A stretch of DNA of 64,000 nucleotides from Candidatus Eiseniibacteriota bacterium. GTDB taxonomy: Bacteria > Eisenbacteria > RBG-16-71-46 > SZUA-252. The stretch is from contig JANMQV010000171.1 of NCBI GenBank assembly GCA_031370645.1, forward strand, positions 23,810-87,809, in the 5' to 3' direction. The number at the start of each line of letters is the position of its first letter. The stretch's first letter is position 1. The notes beneath the pieces were generated by a model that saw only the letters and a program-made list of their open reading frames with translations, searched no databases and had not been told where the DNA came from. Of the stretch, positions 8,987-19,344 are shown one piece after another. Position numbers and translations under genes: made by a program.

Positions 8987-9133
8987 ATCTCGCCCCTTGC
9001 CGGTGGCAGAATCCGAATCGGGTTTCCGGCGGTGCTCGGCGTTCGATCTGCCTCACGGCCCTCACATCTAGAAGCGCGCCCGCGGATGAGGGTCTGACCT
9101 GCACCCCACGGCTCGCCGACGCGCCGCCGGTCC

Positions 9134-9862
9134 CTAACGTTCTTCTACGATCGCCGCGATCTCCCGCAATACGGCTCCGTTCTTCAAGCCAATCCTGCCC
9201 CGCGAAAGCGTGATCGCACCGAGCCGCTCGAGTTCCTTCAGGAGCCGGCTGACCACCTCTCGCGCCGTTCCGAGATCCGACGCTAATTCCGCATGGGTAA
9301 TCTCGACGCTAGGGCGCTTCCCGCCCTCGGGCGGTGAAACCACAAGAATGTCGTGGAGTCGCCTCGCCAGCCGCTGATCCATGCGACGGAACGCGACTTC
9401 CTCGACGAGCGACATCATCTCGCTCAGCCGCGTCGCGAACGTGGTGAAGACGAAGGTGCGAAGCCCTTCGTGCCGCGCCATCAAACTCCGGAAGGTCGCG
9501 GCGGGAATGACGATCGCCTCCACGTCCTCCTCGACGCGCGCCATGGCAGGCACCGGCCGGTCGGAGAGAATGCAGGAGACATTGAGAGGACACGCTTCTC
9601 CGGCACCGACATGGTAGAGCGTGATCTCATGCCCGCGCTCACCGAGCTTGAAGACCCGCATGCGCCCGGAGACGAGTACCGCGAAGTGGGCGCAGGAGTC
9701 CCCCTCCCGCAAGAAATAGGCGCCCGCTTCTAAATGAACGAGGCTCGCCGACTCGGTGATCTCGCGGCGGAGTTCCGGTGTGGCGAGCGTAAAGAATGTC
9801 GTTTTGGCGAGGGACTCGCGCTTGGAGTCGGCGGCGCGATCGCCGGCAATGGAACGGGACAT
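9134..9862 (-). CDS. Crp/Fnr family transcriptional regulator
   Basis: cNMP-binding-like domain and HTH ITHAELASDLGTAREVVSRLL; GGAGG before ATG 9862. Confidence 0.92.
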   Translation of the reverse strand: MSRSIAGDRAADSKRESLAKTTFFTLATPELRREITESASLVHLEAGAYFLREGDSCAHFAVLVSGRMRVFKLGERGHEITLYHVGAGEACPLNVSCILSDRPVPAMARVEEDVEAIVIPAATFRSLMARHEGLRTFVFTTFATRLSEMMSLVEEVAFRRMDQRLARRLHDILVVSPPEGGKRPSVEITHAELASDLGTAREVVSRLLKELERLGAITLSRGRIGLKNGAVLREIAAIVEER

Positions 9863-10024
9863 CTGCAGGTCCTCCACGGGAGGGTCAGCGGGGCGATGGG
9901 GAAGTCGCCCGTCCCTATTAGTTATACCTCAACTCCGGCGCCGAGGGCGAGGGCCACGACGCGGTCGGCGGGGACGGCACCCCAGAAGGCGCGCTCGCCG
10001 TTCCCGTGGAGTTCAGCTAACTCC

Positions 10025-10786
10025 TTACTTCTTCAGCGTCCCCCACCCCGCTCCGCGCCCGGCCCAGGTCTGCTTCGCCACCGGAAGGTGGCCGACGTCG
10101 CTGTAGATCACGAGCCGTGTGCCGCCGTCCGGCCGCACGCCCACGATGGTGAGCGAGGCATTGCCGATATCGAGCGAGGTCCAGTGCCGGGTGTCATTCC
10201 CCAAAGCGCGATTCACGAACCAACGGATCACGTTCCCATGGCAGACGAGCACGTCGTGCGTGTCCGCATCCGGCGAGGGGGTGAAGTACTTCGCCCAGGC
10301 TGCCTCCATGGCGGCTTGGCACGCCGCGAGATCCGCGGGGTCGTTAGCCTCGTTCACCCCGGGCCTCGAGGAGGGGGCGGTGCACTCCGCGAGAAGGGAG
10401 TCGCGCTCGGCGGTCCGCCCGATGATGGCGCCAATCTCGTCCACGGTTTCGATCGCGCGCCGAAGGTCGCTGCTAACGAAGCGTTCCAGTTTCACCGGGA
10501 GCGCGGCGAGCCGCTCCCCGAGCAGGCGCGCCTGTTCGCGTCCCAATGGGCTCAGGCCGTTCGCGGTCCTATCGTCGAGCGAATCGACCCGATCGTAGTG
10601 GCCGTGTCGAATCAAATAGACGAAGCGGATTCCCTCCGCCGTAGGGCCCGCCGAACTTCCGCCGTTCGATTCGGCGCCCTCCGTCGGAGACGATACGGAA
10701 AGACCCGCCGCGGTGAGCCCCGCGATGGCGGCCGCCCGTAGCGCTCCGCCCTTCCCCGAGCGTCGTCCCTTCCGCGGTTTCGTCAC
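10025..10786 (-). CDS. Histidine phosphatase, PGAM5-like, with signal peptide
   Basis: [38 protein letters not shown]; start overlaps the ccoS stop. Confidence 0.88.
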   Translation of the reverse strand: MTKPRKGRRSGKGGALRAAAIAGLTAAGLSVSSPTEGAESNGGSSAGPTAEGIRFVYLIRHGHYDRVDSLDDRTANGLSPLGREQARLLGERLAALPVKLERFVSSDLRRAIETVDEIGAIIGRTAERDSLLAECTAPSSRPGVNEANDPADLAACQAAMEAAWAKYFTPSPDADTHDVLVCHGNVIRWFVNRALGNDTRHWTSLDIGNASLTIVGVRPDGGTRLVIYSDVGHLPVAKQTWAGRGAGWGTLKK

Positions 10787-10986
10787 GTCACCTCCTCGCC
10801 TTCGCGGGCAGGCGTGCCGGGGTCGTTCGATTTCGACGTGTTGGTCGCCACGTCGTCGTGAAGGGCCCGGATGGCTGGAGTCTCGAGATCATCGAACTGC
10901 CCTCGTTTCGCCGCCCATAGGTAGGCCACTACCGCGGCCGTGACGACGATGAGGGCGAGCGGAAGGACAATGTAGAGAACGCTCAT
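10783..10986 (-). CDS. ccoS: cbb3 oxidase maturation protein CcoS/FixS
   Basis: N-terminal TM then [22 protein letters not shown] signature. Confidence 0.92.
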   Translation of the reverse strand: MSVLYIVLPLALIVVTAAVVAYLWAAKRGQFDDLETPAIRALHDDVATNTSKSNDPGTPAREGEEVT

Positions 10987-13448
10987 CGATTCGCCTCGAA
11001 GGTTCGGCTTTTCCAGGAAGTGAGGACAACCGTGATGGAACTCGCCGGCATGAGAATCGCGGCGAGAAGCGGGTTGATCTGCCCGGTCATGGCGAGTGCC
11101 GCGCCGACGAGATTGTACGCCACCGAAAGCGCGATGTTCCGCCGGATGACGGCGAGGGTTTTTCGCGATCCATCCACGAGCCTCACCAGGCTTTCGAGGC
11201 CGGGGCGTGTCAAATAGACATCGGCCGAAGCGAGGCTCGCCTCCGCGCCCCCACCGACGGCCACACCGACCGATGCACGGGCGATGGCGGCGGCGTCGTT
11301 GACGCCGTCCCCCACCATGACGACGCGAGAGCGGCCTTCCGCTTTCTCCACGACACGGAGTTTCTCCTCCGGTGAGGCGCCGCCACGACAGCGGTCGGCC
11401 GGAATGCCGAGCGCCGAACCGACCGACGCGACGAGCGCGGGATCGTCCCCGGAGAGGAGGTGCGGAATGTAGCCGCGTGTTCGAAGCGCGGAGAGCGAGG
11501 CGGCGGCACCCGGGCGAATGGCGTCGCCGAAGAGGGCGCGCCCTTCGACGCGGCCATCGACCGCGACCCAGACGGGAGTCCCCTCCGGCACCCCGGATCG
11601 ATCGAGCGATTCGATGCCGGGACGATCGCCCGAGGTCTCCGACAACCGCGCGGCGACGAAGCGCGGAGAGCCGACCACCACCGGCCGGCCGCCCACCTTC
11701 CCTTCCACGCCCCCTCCCGCCGTGTACGCGACATCGTCGGCGCGAGCGGGTACGACGTCGCTCCACGCTCGCTCGAAACCGGCGGCAAGCGGATGGGACG
11801 TGTGGCGCTCGAGCCCAAGGACGAGCGGCCTCAACGAATCAGCCCCCTCCCACGAAAGGAGCGACGTCCTTCCTTCCGTCACGGTTCCCGTCTTGTCGAG
11901 ATAGAGATCTCCCGGCCGCGCCAACGCCTCGAGCGCCGCGCCGCCGCGGATGAGGATGCCATCCCGCGCCGCCCTTCCGATCGCGACCGACACCGCGAGC
12001 GGGGTGGCCAGGGCCAGCGCGCAGGGGCAGGTCACGATGAGAAGCGCGATCGCCTGATCCATGGCGAACGACGGCGAGGAGCGCCACCAAAGCAGCAATG
12101 TCACGAGCGAGAGCGCGAGTACCGCCAGAACGAAGAGACCCGAGAGCCGGTCCGCAGTCGCCACGATCGGCGCACGGCGCTGCGCGCCGGCCTCGGCTTC
12201 GCGGAGGATCGCTCCGAGGCGGCTCTCCTCCCCCGCCCGCTCCACGCGGATCCGAACGAGCGATCCGCGATTGACCGACCCCGCGAAAACTTCGTCTCCC
12301 GCTCCGACCGGGACCGGTCGCGATTCGCCGGTGAGGAGGGAGAGATCGATGCTGGTGCGCCCCGCCACAACGACGCCGTCGGCGGCGAGCGTCTCCTCCG
12401 CTCGGACTTCCACGATCATTCCGGGGAGAAGCGCTTCCACGGGGATGTCTCGCATCTCCTCCCCATCCGTCACGCGCGCCGTCGCGGGAGAGAGGGAGTG
12501 GAGAAGTTCCGCCGAATCGCCCGCGGCGCGCTGCGCACGCTGCTGAAGAAACCGGCCGACGAGAAGGAGAAATATAAGAAGCGTCACGCCGTCGAAGTAG
12601 ATCGGCCCCTCGTCCCTCAGGGTATTCACAAGTCCGCGGCCGTAGCCCGCCGCGAGCGCGATGGCGATCGGGAGATCCATGTGGAGGGAACGCGTGCGAA
12701 GGGCGGCCCACGCCCCACGAAAGAAGACGCGCCCCGGCCACAGCAGGGCCGGAGTCACCAGGAGGAGGCTGAACCAGCGGAAGGTGCGCTCGTAGGCGGG
12801 CTCCATGCCGGTCAGAAAACCGCTGTAGAGCGCGAGCGCCGCGAGCATCGCGTTCACCGCGATGGCCCCCGCCACGCCGATCCGCCCAAGCGCGGCCCGA
12901 TCCTCCTCGCGCCGCGCGCGATCGCGACGGAGTCCTCGATAGGGGCGAGGGCGATAGCCGAGCGTGTCGAGCGTTCGGGCGATGGCCGAGAGCGTCACGC
13001 CGGCTCCGTCCCAGACCACCTGCACGCGGGCACGGCCGGCGTCGAGTTCCGCGCGCGACATTCCCGGGAGAAGAAGCGGGACGCGCTCCACCAGCCAGAC
13101 GCACGAACCGCACTCCACCCCCTCGAGGTAGAAGGAGGTCTCGAGGAGTCCGTCGGCCTGGGTGGTCACGTAGAGTTCGTGGAACGACTCGTGGTCGAAT
13201 TCTTCGAAGCGCCGCTCGGTGGAAGCGACCCGGGCGTGTCGCCGCTCCGCCATGCCGTAGTAGGCGTCGAGCCCTCCCTCCCGAAGAATGCCGTGGACGG
13301 TGGCGCATCCGGCGCAGCAGAACGACGGCCCGGCGCCCTCCCGTTCCTCCACTCCCGAGCCGACGGGGAGGCCGCAGTGCGCGCACGCGACTCCCGAGCG
13401 GGACTCGCGCTCCGCGAGCTCCGGGGTCGCGGTACTAGCGAGCGCCAT
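10983..13448 (-). CDS. ccoI: Cu-translocating P1B ATPase CcoI/FixI
   Basis: CAHC...CCAGC, CGSC (HMA), TGES, CPC, DKTGT, GDGVND. Confidence 0.95.
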   Translation of the reverse strand: MALASTATPELAERESRSGVACAHCGLPVGSGVEEREGAGPSFCCAGCATVHGILREGGLDAYYGMAERRHARVASTERRFEEFDHESFHELYVTTQADGLLETSFYLEGVECGSCVWLVERVPLLLPGMSRAELDAGRARVQVVWDGAGVTLSAIARTLDTLGYRPRPYRGLRRDRARREEDRAALGRIGVAGAIAVNAMLAALALYSGFLTGMEPAYERTFRWFSLLLVTPALLWPGRVFFRGAWAALRTRSLHMDLPIAIALAAGYGRGLVNTLRDEGPIYFDGVTLLIFLLLVGRFLQQRAQRAAGDSAELLHSLSPATARVTDGEEMRDIPVEALLPGMIVEVRAEETLAADGVVVAGRTSIDLSLLTGESRPVPVGAGDEVFAGSVNRGSLVRIRVERAGEESRLGAILREAEAGAQRRAPIVATADRLSGLFVLAVLALSLVTLLLWWRSSPSFAMDQAIALLIVTCPCALALATPLAVSVAIGRAARDGILIRGGAALEALARPGDLYLDKTGTVTEGRTSLLSWEGADSLRPLVLGLERHTSHPLAAGFERAWSDVVPARADDVAYTAGGGVEGKVGGRPVVVGSPRFVAARLSETSGDRPGIESLDRSGVPEGTPVWVAVDGRVEGRALFGDAIRPGAAASLSALRTRGYIPHLLSGDDPALVASVGSALGIPADRCRGGASPEEKLRVVEKAEGRSRVVMVGDGVNDAAAIARASVGVAVGGGAEASLASADVYLTRPGLESLVRLVDGSRKTLAVIRRNIALSVAYNLVGAALAMTGQINPLLAAILMPASSITVVLTSWKSRTFEANR

Positions 13449-14190
13449 GCCCCGCGCCGTTCGCGTCGTGCGTGGCATGGGGACTCGTGCCCGATCCGGG
13501 CATGCCGGCGTGGTGCCGATGCGCGCCGAGCGGCTGCATGCGGCCCGCCAGGGTCAGAAGTCCGAGCACGATGAGGAGCGACGCCGATACAACCGGAAGC
13601 CGCGCTCGAAGCGCCCCGAGCGCACGGTCGGCGAGGAAGCCGAAACTCGCGAGGATGGGGAGTGTCCCTGCCCAGAAGACGATCATGACGACGAGCCCCG
13701 CGAGCGGAGCCCCTGTCCCCGCCGCCACGGTGACGAAGCCGTAAAGGAATCCACACGGAATCACGGTCGTCACGAGGCCGATCGCCACGGCGCGCGCAAC
13801 CGGATTCCAGGAGCGCATGCCTCGAACGAATGGCGCGAGGGCGCGATGGAGCGGCGATGGAGTCGCGGGGCTCGAGGCGAGCCTTCCGGTCGCTCGGAGA
13901 AGGTTCATCCCACCCCAGACGATCATGAGAAAGCCCGCGACGATGGGGGCCGCGCGAAAGAAGCCGACGGCGGCGCCGGCATGCTCCACGCCGGCGCCGA
14001 TACCGCCTGCGATCGCGCCAAGCGTCGCGTACGAAACGAGGCGCCCGGCGTGATACGCCCCCTGAACGAGCCATCGGCGCTTCCCCGTCGCCTCCCCGGT
14101 CACGAAGCAGACGAAGCCGCCGCACATGCCGACGCAATGGGGGCTCCCGATCAGGGTGGCGGCAAGGACGGCGCCCGCGACTTCGATCAT
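13435..14190 (-). CDS. TauE/SafE (DsbD_2-like) membrane protein of cco clusters
   Basis: HCVGMCG and IPCGFLY motifs, multiple TM, His-rich tail. Confidence 0.85.
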   Translation of the reverse strand: MIEVAGAVLAATLIGSPHCVGMCGGFVCFVTGEATGKRRWLVQGAYHAGRLVSYATLGAIAGGIGAGVEHAGAAVGFFRAAPIVAGFLMIVWGGMNLLRATGRLASSPATPSPLHRALAPFVRGMRSWNPVARAVAIGLVTTVIPCGFLYGFVTVAAGTGAPLAGLVVMIVFWAGTLPILASFGFLADRALGALRARLPVVSASLLIVLGLLTLAGRMQPLGAHRHHAGMPGSGTSPHATHDANGAGHGAR

Positions 14191-14663
14191 GGCGTCCGAA
14201 TCAGTTCGCGCCGGAGATCGGCGGTGAAGGAGTTGCTCCGATCCTCGACGCGGAAGCGAAGTTCCCAGAGCCCGGCCCGTCGGAACGGAAGCGAGGCCGA
14301 GTACTCTCCGGGCGCTGTTTCACGAAGCCTCCCCGCAACGGGATTTCCGGCGTCGAGATTGTGGATCCCGACGACGGAGACGCGAGCGCCGGAGACGGGA
14401 GCGGCCTGGCGATCCGCGACCCGGGCATGAATGAGCGCGCCTTCCGCGGCCGGCGCGAGTTCCGCCTGGACGCTCCAGCCGAGCGAGTCGTCACGCGCCT
14501 CCTGGGCCATCGTGGAATCCCACGCGACCGCTTTTCGATAGTAGTCCGGCTCGACGACCGCCTGGCGAGGATCGTTCGCGGCGAAGAGGAGCACCATATT
14601 CGCCGCGACCGTGACGACGAGGGCGCCGATCACCGCGATCGGCCAGAGCGTGGCGGGTTTCAC
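14187..14663 (-). CDS. ccoH: CcoH/FixH family protein with YtkA-like domain
   Basis: N-terminal TM, VEPDYYRKAVAW, GEY...GLWEL; lies between ccoG and the TauE-like gene. Confidence 0.8.
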   Translation of the reverse strand: MKPATLWPIAVIGALVVTVAANMVLLFAANDPRQAVVEPDYYRKAVAWDSTMAQEARDDSLGWSVQAELAPAAEGALIHARVADRQAAPVSGARVSVVGIHNLDAGNPVAGRLRETAPGEYSASLPFRRAGLWELRFRVEDRSNSFTADLRRELIRTP

Positions 14664-16132
14664 GGCGTCGTCCCATCCTTGGACGATTCCGCCCCCTCGT
14701 GCGCGTCGTGCTCGTCCCCCTCCGGGCCGAGGAGTCGGTAGGGGAGTTCGGTCGAGAAGCGGGCGCCGTCGCTCAACGAGATCGTGGCGGCGTGCTCGCC
14801 TTTCACGAACGACGATCGCGGCAAGACGACGAAGATGCTCGTCGTCCGCGTCTCCCCCGCCGGAACCGAGAGCGGATTCATCGGCGCGATGACGGACGCT
14901 TCCGGCGCTCCCGCGACCGCGATCCGAAACGCGCGCTCCCGTCCCCCGCGGTTCGCCACCTTGATCCTTATCTGGTTCGCCACCGCGTCGTCGGCTTGGA
15001 GCGTGTACGGGTCGCCGAGGCCGCGGAGAATCGTCACCTCCGCGTCGGAACGGGTTCCGAGGAGCCAAAGGAAGGCGCCCACCGTGATCGCGAGCGCGAT
15101 CGGATAAAGAACCGCGCGCGGCCGGAGCCAGGAACTCTTCTTTCCTTCGAACTCGTCGCGCGAACCGTACCGAATCAATCCAAGCGGCTTTCCGACGCGG
15201 AGCATGACCGAATCACAGGCGTCGGCGCACTGGGTGCAGTGAATGCACTCCATCTGGAGCCCTTCGCGGATGTCAATGCCGGTCGGGCAGGTGAGGACGC
15301 AGAGGTTGCACGCCACACAATCCCCCGCGGTCGAAGGACGTTCGAGGATTCCTTTCTGGCGCGGCTCCCCGCGCTTCGCGTCGTAGCCGACGATGAGGGA
15401 GCGTCGGTCGAGGAGCACGGACTGGAGCCGCCCATACGGGCAGGCGACGAGGCACGTCTGCTCCCGGAACCATGCGAAGTCGGCGAAGATGAGGAGCGTC
15501 GTCGCAAGCATCACGAGGAACGAAGTCGGATGCTCGATCGGCGAGCGCTGCACCCACTGCGCCAGTCGCTCCACGCCGACGAAGTAGGCGAGAAACGTGT
15601 GCGCGAGGAACATGGAGAGGAGAAGATAGATCGCCTGCTTCGCGATCCGACGCGCGTGAATCCCCTTCTGCTTGTCGAGCTTCTTCGCCCCTCGCCACCC
15701 GCCTTCGAGCCAGTACTCGATCGGACGGTACAGGAATTCCAAATAGACCGTCTGCGGGCAGCCCCAACCGCACCAGACCCGCCCGAGGAGCGCCGTGGCG
15801 AGGAAGATGACCAGGATGAGCCCGATGAAGAGAAACATGAAGAGCACGGTCTCCGTCGGCAGGAAGGTGGTGCCGAAGAGCGTGAATTCGCGCCGCGGGA
15901 GGTCGAGGAGGATGAGCGGCTTCCCACTCAGTCGGAGATACGGGATGAGGAAGAAGACGAGCATCAATCCATAGGCGGTGATTCGCCGACGGAGATGGTA
16001 GCGCCCCTTGGAGAATCGCGGCCGGAGGCGCCGGCGGGAGCCGTCCTCGTTCAGCGTGGAGAGGACGCGCCCCGGGGGCGGAGCCATCGGCAGCCTCGGC
16101 GGGGCTGCCGCGCCGGGTTCAGCCGGCATCAC
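14660..16132 (-). CDS. ccoG: cbb3 accessory protein CcoG/FixG
   Basis: GRVWCGWGCPQT, CLVACPYGRLQ, CVACNLCVLTCP, CIHCTQCADAC, Ig-like C-terminus. Confidence 0.95.
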   Translation of the reverse strand: MMPAEPGAAAPPRLPMAPPPGRVLSTLNEDGSRRRLRPRFSKGRYHLRRRITAYGLMLVFFLIPYLRLSGKPLILLDLPRREFTLFGTTFLPTETVLFMFLFIGLILVIFLATALLGRVWCGWGCPQTVYLEFLYRPIEYWLEGGWRGAKKLDKQKGIHARRIAKQAIYLLLSMFLAHTFLAYFVGVERLAQWVQRSPIEHPTSFLVMLATTLLIFADFAWFREQTCLVACPYGRLQSVLLDRRSLIVGYDAKRGEPRQKGILERPSTAGDCVACNLCVLTCPTGIDIREGLQMECIHCTQCADACDSVMLRVGKPLGLIRYGSRDEFEGKKSSWLRPRAVLYPIALAITVGAFLWLLGTRSDAEVTILRGLGDPYTLQADDAVANQIRIKVANRGGRERAFRIAVAGAPEASVIAPMNPLSVPAGETRTTSIFVVLPRSSFVKGEHAATISLSDGARFSTELPYRLLGPEGDEHDAHEGAESSKDGTTP

Positions 16133-16136
16133 GATC

Positions 16137-16766
16137 TCACGGCGAGGCCTTGGCGGAATCCGCGGCCGCGGTTGTCGGATCCGAAACGGCGCGATCGCCC
16201 TGTGGCGCTTTCGCGTTCACCGGTTTCGTTCCGCGAAGCGTCGTCACGTAGGCGACGACGGCGGTGATTTCCTCCGGCTTGAACACCTGTCCCCACGCGG
16301 GCATTCCTTTGGTCACGACTCCCTCGCTCACGGTTGTGAGAATTTGCGTCGGCTGGCCGCCGTGGAGCCAGAAATCGTCGGTGAGATTCGGACCGATGTT
16401 GCCGCCGCCATCCTCACGGTGGCAAGGCGAACAGGTTGCCTTGAATCGCTCCTTCCCCTTCGCCAGCGCCACCGGGTCCGCCGCCACCGCGAGGATTGCC
16501 TCGGAGGTGACGGGGGCGAGCTTCGACGCCGCGGCGTCGCGGGCGCTCTTTGCGGCCGCCATTTCCGCCTCGTAGTTCGCGATCCGTCCCGCGCCGCTTC
16601 CGACGCCGGGAATCACATTGAGCGCATAAACGACCGAGAAGACGATCGTGACGTAGAAGATCGTGATCCACCAGCGCGGCATCGGATTGTCGTACTCGCG
16701 AATGCCGTCCACTTCATGGTCGAGAAGGCGGTCCTCATCCGGCCCGCCGGAGGGCGTTTCAGTCAT
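16137..16766 (-). CDS. ccoP: cbb3 oxidase subunit III, monoheme CcoP
   Basis: HEVDGIREYDNPMPRWW, a single CSPCH, GPNLTD, GMPAW. Confidence 0.93.
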   Translation of the reverse strand: MTETPSGGPDEDRLLDHEVDGIREYDNPMPRWWITIFYVTIVFSVVYALNVIPGVGSGAGRIANYEAEMAAAKSARDAAASKLAPVTSEAILAVAADPVALAKGKERFKATCSPCHREDGGGNIGPNLTDDFWLHGGQPTQILTTVSEGVVTKGMPAWGQVFKPEEITAVVAYVTTLRGTKPVNAKAPQGDRAVSDPTTAAADSAKASP

Positions 16767-16950
16767 GTCGGCTCTCCTTCGCCGGGCGATCGCCGTCTTC
16801 GAGCGGCAATCGGGCATGGCGGTCCATTTCGGCGCGGCGCGCGGTGAAGACGCGGATCACGATCGCCACGAAGACGACGAGAAACAAGATGAGCGCGATC
16901 TCGGCGTACCTCGAGAGCCCCGAGTGCGCGACGATGTCGGAGAGTCTCAC
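16759..16950 (-). CDS. ccoQ: cbb3 oxidase subunit IV
   Basis: Single TM, then ARLPLED; lies between ccoO and ccoP. Confidence 0.85.
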   Translation of the reverse strand: MRLSDIVAHSGLSRYAEIALILFLVVFVAIVIRVFTARRAEMDRHARLPLEDGDRPAKESRHD

Positions 16951-16951
16951 G

Positions 16952-19171
16952 TTACGGTGCCCCCTCCACCGGGGCGTCCCCGAGCGTCAGCGTCGGCCGC
17001 TTGATGTCGGTGCCGAGGCGCTGGAGGTAGGCGACGAGTGCCGTGATCTCCTTGTCCTCCAGCCCTCGCGGCCCGCCCTGCTCCATGATCGTAGCGGCCA
17101 CGGCGGTGGCCTGCTCACGCGCGAGTTCCGGGGCATGATTCACGGCATCGCCGTACGGAACACCGAGCATCGCCATCGCATCGACGCGCCCCTGGATCGA
17201 TGCGAAATCGAGTCGCTCCCGCGCTAGATGCGGATAGGGCGGCATGATCGACCGCGCGGTGATCGAGCGCGGGTCTTCCAGATGCCGCACGTGCCAGAGG
17301 TCGCTGTATTTCCCTCCCTCGCGCGCGAGATCGGGACCGATGCGCCGCGATCCCCAGAGGAAGGGGTGGTCGTAGACGAATTCGCCGGGCTTCGAATACT
17401 CCCCGAAGCGCTCCGTCTCGTGGCGGAGCGGGCGAACCATCTGGGAGTGGCAGTTGAAGCACCCCTCCCGGATGTAAAGGTCGCGTCCCGCCAGCTCGAG
17501 CGGCGTGTAGGGTTTCACCGAGGCGATCGTCGGGATGTTCGATCGGATCAGAAATGTCGGAAGGATCTCGAAGAGAGACGCGACGACGACCGTGAGGACG
17601 GTCAGCACCGTGAAGGTGACGGGGAGCCCCTCCCATTTCCGGTGCCAGCGAACGGAGGTGAAATAGGCCCAGAGGTCGCCCGGCTGCCCCGGCGCGGCGG
17701 ACGTCGCGACCGGGGCGGTCGTAACCGGGCCGCGCTGCACGAGCGGCGGAGCCTGGATGACCGGGTCCTCGTACGTCCTCGGGCGCGCCATCCAGGTGCG
17801 GAGGATGTTGTAGCCGAGGAGGAGCATTCCCACGATGTAGAGCGAACCGCCGAGGGCGCGGACCCAGTACATCGGCAGAAGCTTCACGGTGGTCTCGATG
17901 AAATCGGGGAACTGGAGACGGCCCGTGTCGTCGAAGGCGCGCCACATGAGCCCCTGCGTGAGCCCCGCGCTGTAGATGGCGGCCACGTAGAGGAGCATGC
18001 CGAAGGTCGCGAACCAGAAGTGCGCCTCCGCCAATTTCGTGCTGAAGAGTTTCGTCTGGAAGACGCGCGGCAGGAGCCAGTAGATCATCCCGAACGTGAG
18101 AAACCCGTTCCAGCCGAGCGTGCCCGTGTGGACGTGCGCGATGATCCAGTCGCTATAGTGCGCCAGCGCGTTCACGCTCTTCACCGAGAGCATCGGCCCT
18201 TCGAAGGTCGACATCCCGTACGCCGTCACCGCGACGACGAAGAACTTGAGGACCGGATCCTCCACGACCTTGTGCCAGGCGCCGCGCAGCGTCAAAAGAC
18301 CGTTCACCATGCCGCCCCACGAAGGCATCCAGAGCATCACCGAGAAGAGCATCCCGAGTGTGGAAGCCCACTCGGGAAGCGCCGTGTAGTGAAGGTGATG
18401 CGGTCCCGCCCAGATGTACATGAAGACAAGCGTCCAGAAATGGAGGATGGAGAGCCGGTAGGAGAAGACCGGGCGGTCCGCGGCTTTCGGCAGGAAGTAG
18501 TACATGAGGCCCAGGAACGGCGTCGTGAGGAAGAAGGCGACGGCGTTGTGGCCGTACCACCACTGCATCAGGGCGTCCTGCACGCCGGCGTAGATCGAGT
18601 AGCTCTTGAGCGGGCCAACCGGGATCGAGAGGTTGTTGAAGATGTGGAGCATCGCGACCGTCACGATGCTCGCGATGTAGAACCAAACCGCGACGTAGAG
18701 GTGGCGCTCCCGGCGGCGCGCGATCGTTCCGAAAAAATTCACGGCGAAGACGACCCAGACGATGGCGATCGCGATGTCGATCGGCCACTCGAGCTCCGCG
18801 TACTCTTTCGCCTGCGTGAAACCGAGCGGGAGGGTGACGGCCGCGCTAACGATGATCAGCTGCCAACCCCAGAAGTGGATGCTGCTCAGGAGATCGCTGA
18901 ACATCCGCGCTTTCAACAGTCGCTGCGTGGAGTAATACGCCCCGCAGAAGAAGGCGTTTCCCGCGAAGGCGAAGATGACGGCGTTCGTATGGAGCGGCCG
19001 GAGACGCCCAAAACTGAGCCACGGCTGGCCGAGATTGAAGACAGGATCCGCGAGCTGGAGGGCGATGAGCAGCCCCACCAACATCCCCACCAGCCCCCAC
19101 GCGAATGTGGCGATCAAAAACTTTCGCACGATCGCGTCGTCGTATCGGAACGACTCGAGCTGCTCGTTCAT
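16952..19171 (-). CDS. ccoN: cbb3 oxidase subunit I/II fusion (CcoNO)
   Basis: RLRPLHTN, WWYGHNAV, WAGPHHLHY, AHVH, then in-frame EGCFNCHSQ, GSRRIGPDL, SIMP. Confidence 0.96.
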   Translation of the reverse strand: MNEQLESFRYDDAIVRKFLIATFAWGLVGMLVGLLIALQLADPVFNLGQPWLSFGRLRPLHTNAVIFAFAGNAFFCGAYYSTQRLLKARMFSDLLSSIHFWGWQLIIVSAAVTLPLGFTQAKEYAELEWPIDIAIAIVWVVFAVNFFGTIARRRERHLYVAVWFYIASIVTVAMLHIFNNLSIPVGPLKSYSIYAGVQDALMQWWYGHNAVAFFLTTPFLGLMYYFLPKAADRPVFSYRLSILHFWTLVFMYIWAGPHHLHYTALPEWASTLGMLFSVMLWMPSWGGMVNGLLTLRGAWHKVVEDPVLKFFVVAVTAYGMSTFEGPMLSVKSVNALAHYSDWIIAHVHTGTLGWNGFLTFGMIYWLLPRVFQTKLFSTKLAEAHFWFATFGMLLYVAAIYSAGLTQGLMWRAFDDTGRLQFPDFIETTVKLLPMYWVRALGGSLYIVGMLLLGYNILRTWMARPRTYEDPVIQAPPLVQRGPVTTAPVATSAAPGQPGDLWAYFTSVRWHRKWEGLPVTFTVLTVLTVVVASLFEILPTFLIRSNIPTIASVKPYTPLELAGRDLYIREGCFNCHSQMVRPLRHETERFGEYSKPGEFVYDHPFLWGSRRIGPDLAREGGKYSDLWHVRHLEDPRSITARSIMPPYPHLARERLDFASIQGRVDAMAMLGVPYGDAVNHAPELAREQATAVAATIMEQGGPRGLEDKEITALVAYLQRLGTDIKRPTLTLGDAPVEGAP

Positions 19172-19344
19172 TCGTGGCTCCGGGTCGATGAGTGCCGTTC
19201 GGCCGGTCCTGACCGGCCGCGTGAGCGGGCGATGGGCTCGCTTACCCGAACGGGCAAACGACACCAAGCCTGCAACTTCTAGCACTCGCCTCGCGCGACG
19301 GCAAGCCCGGAACCGCTTCTGGTACTAGGGAATGTGCGGGACTG

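Noticed and set aside
19251-19270. c-di-GMP-I riboswitch suggested by GGCAAAC
   Set aside because: Wrong strand for ccoNO, and the following GNRA stem and second hairpin are absent
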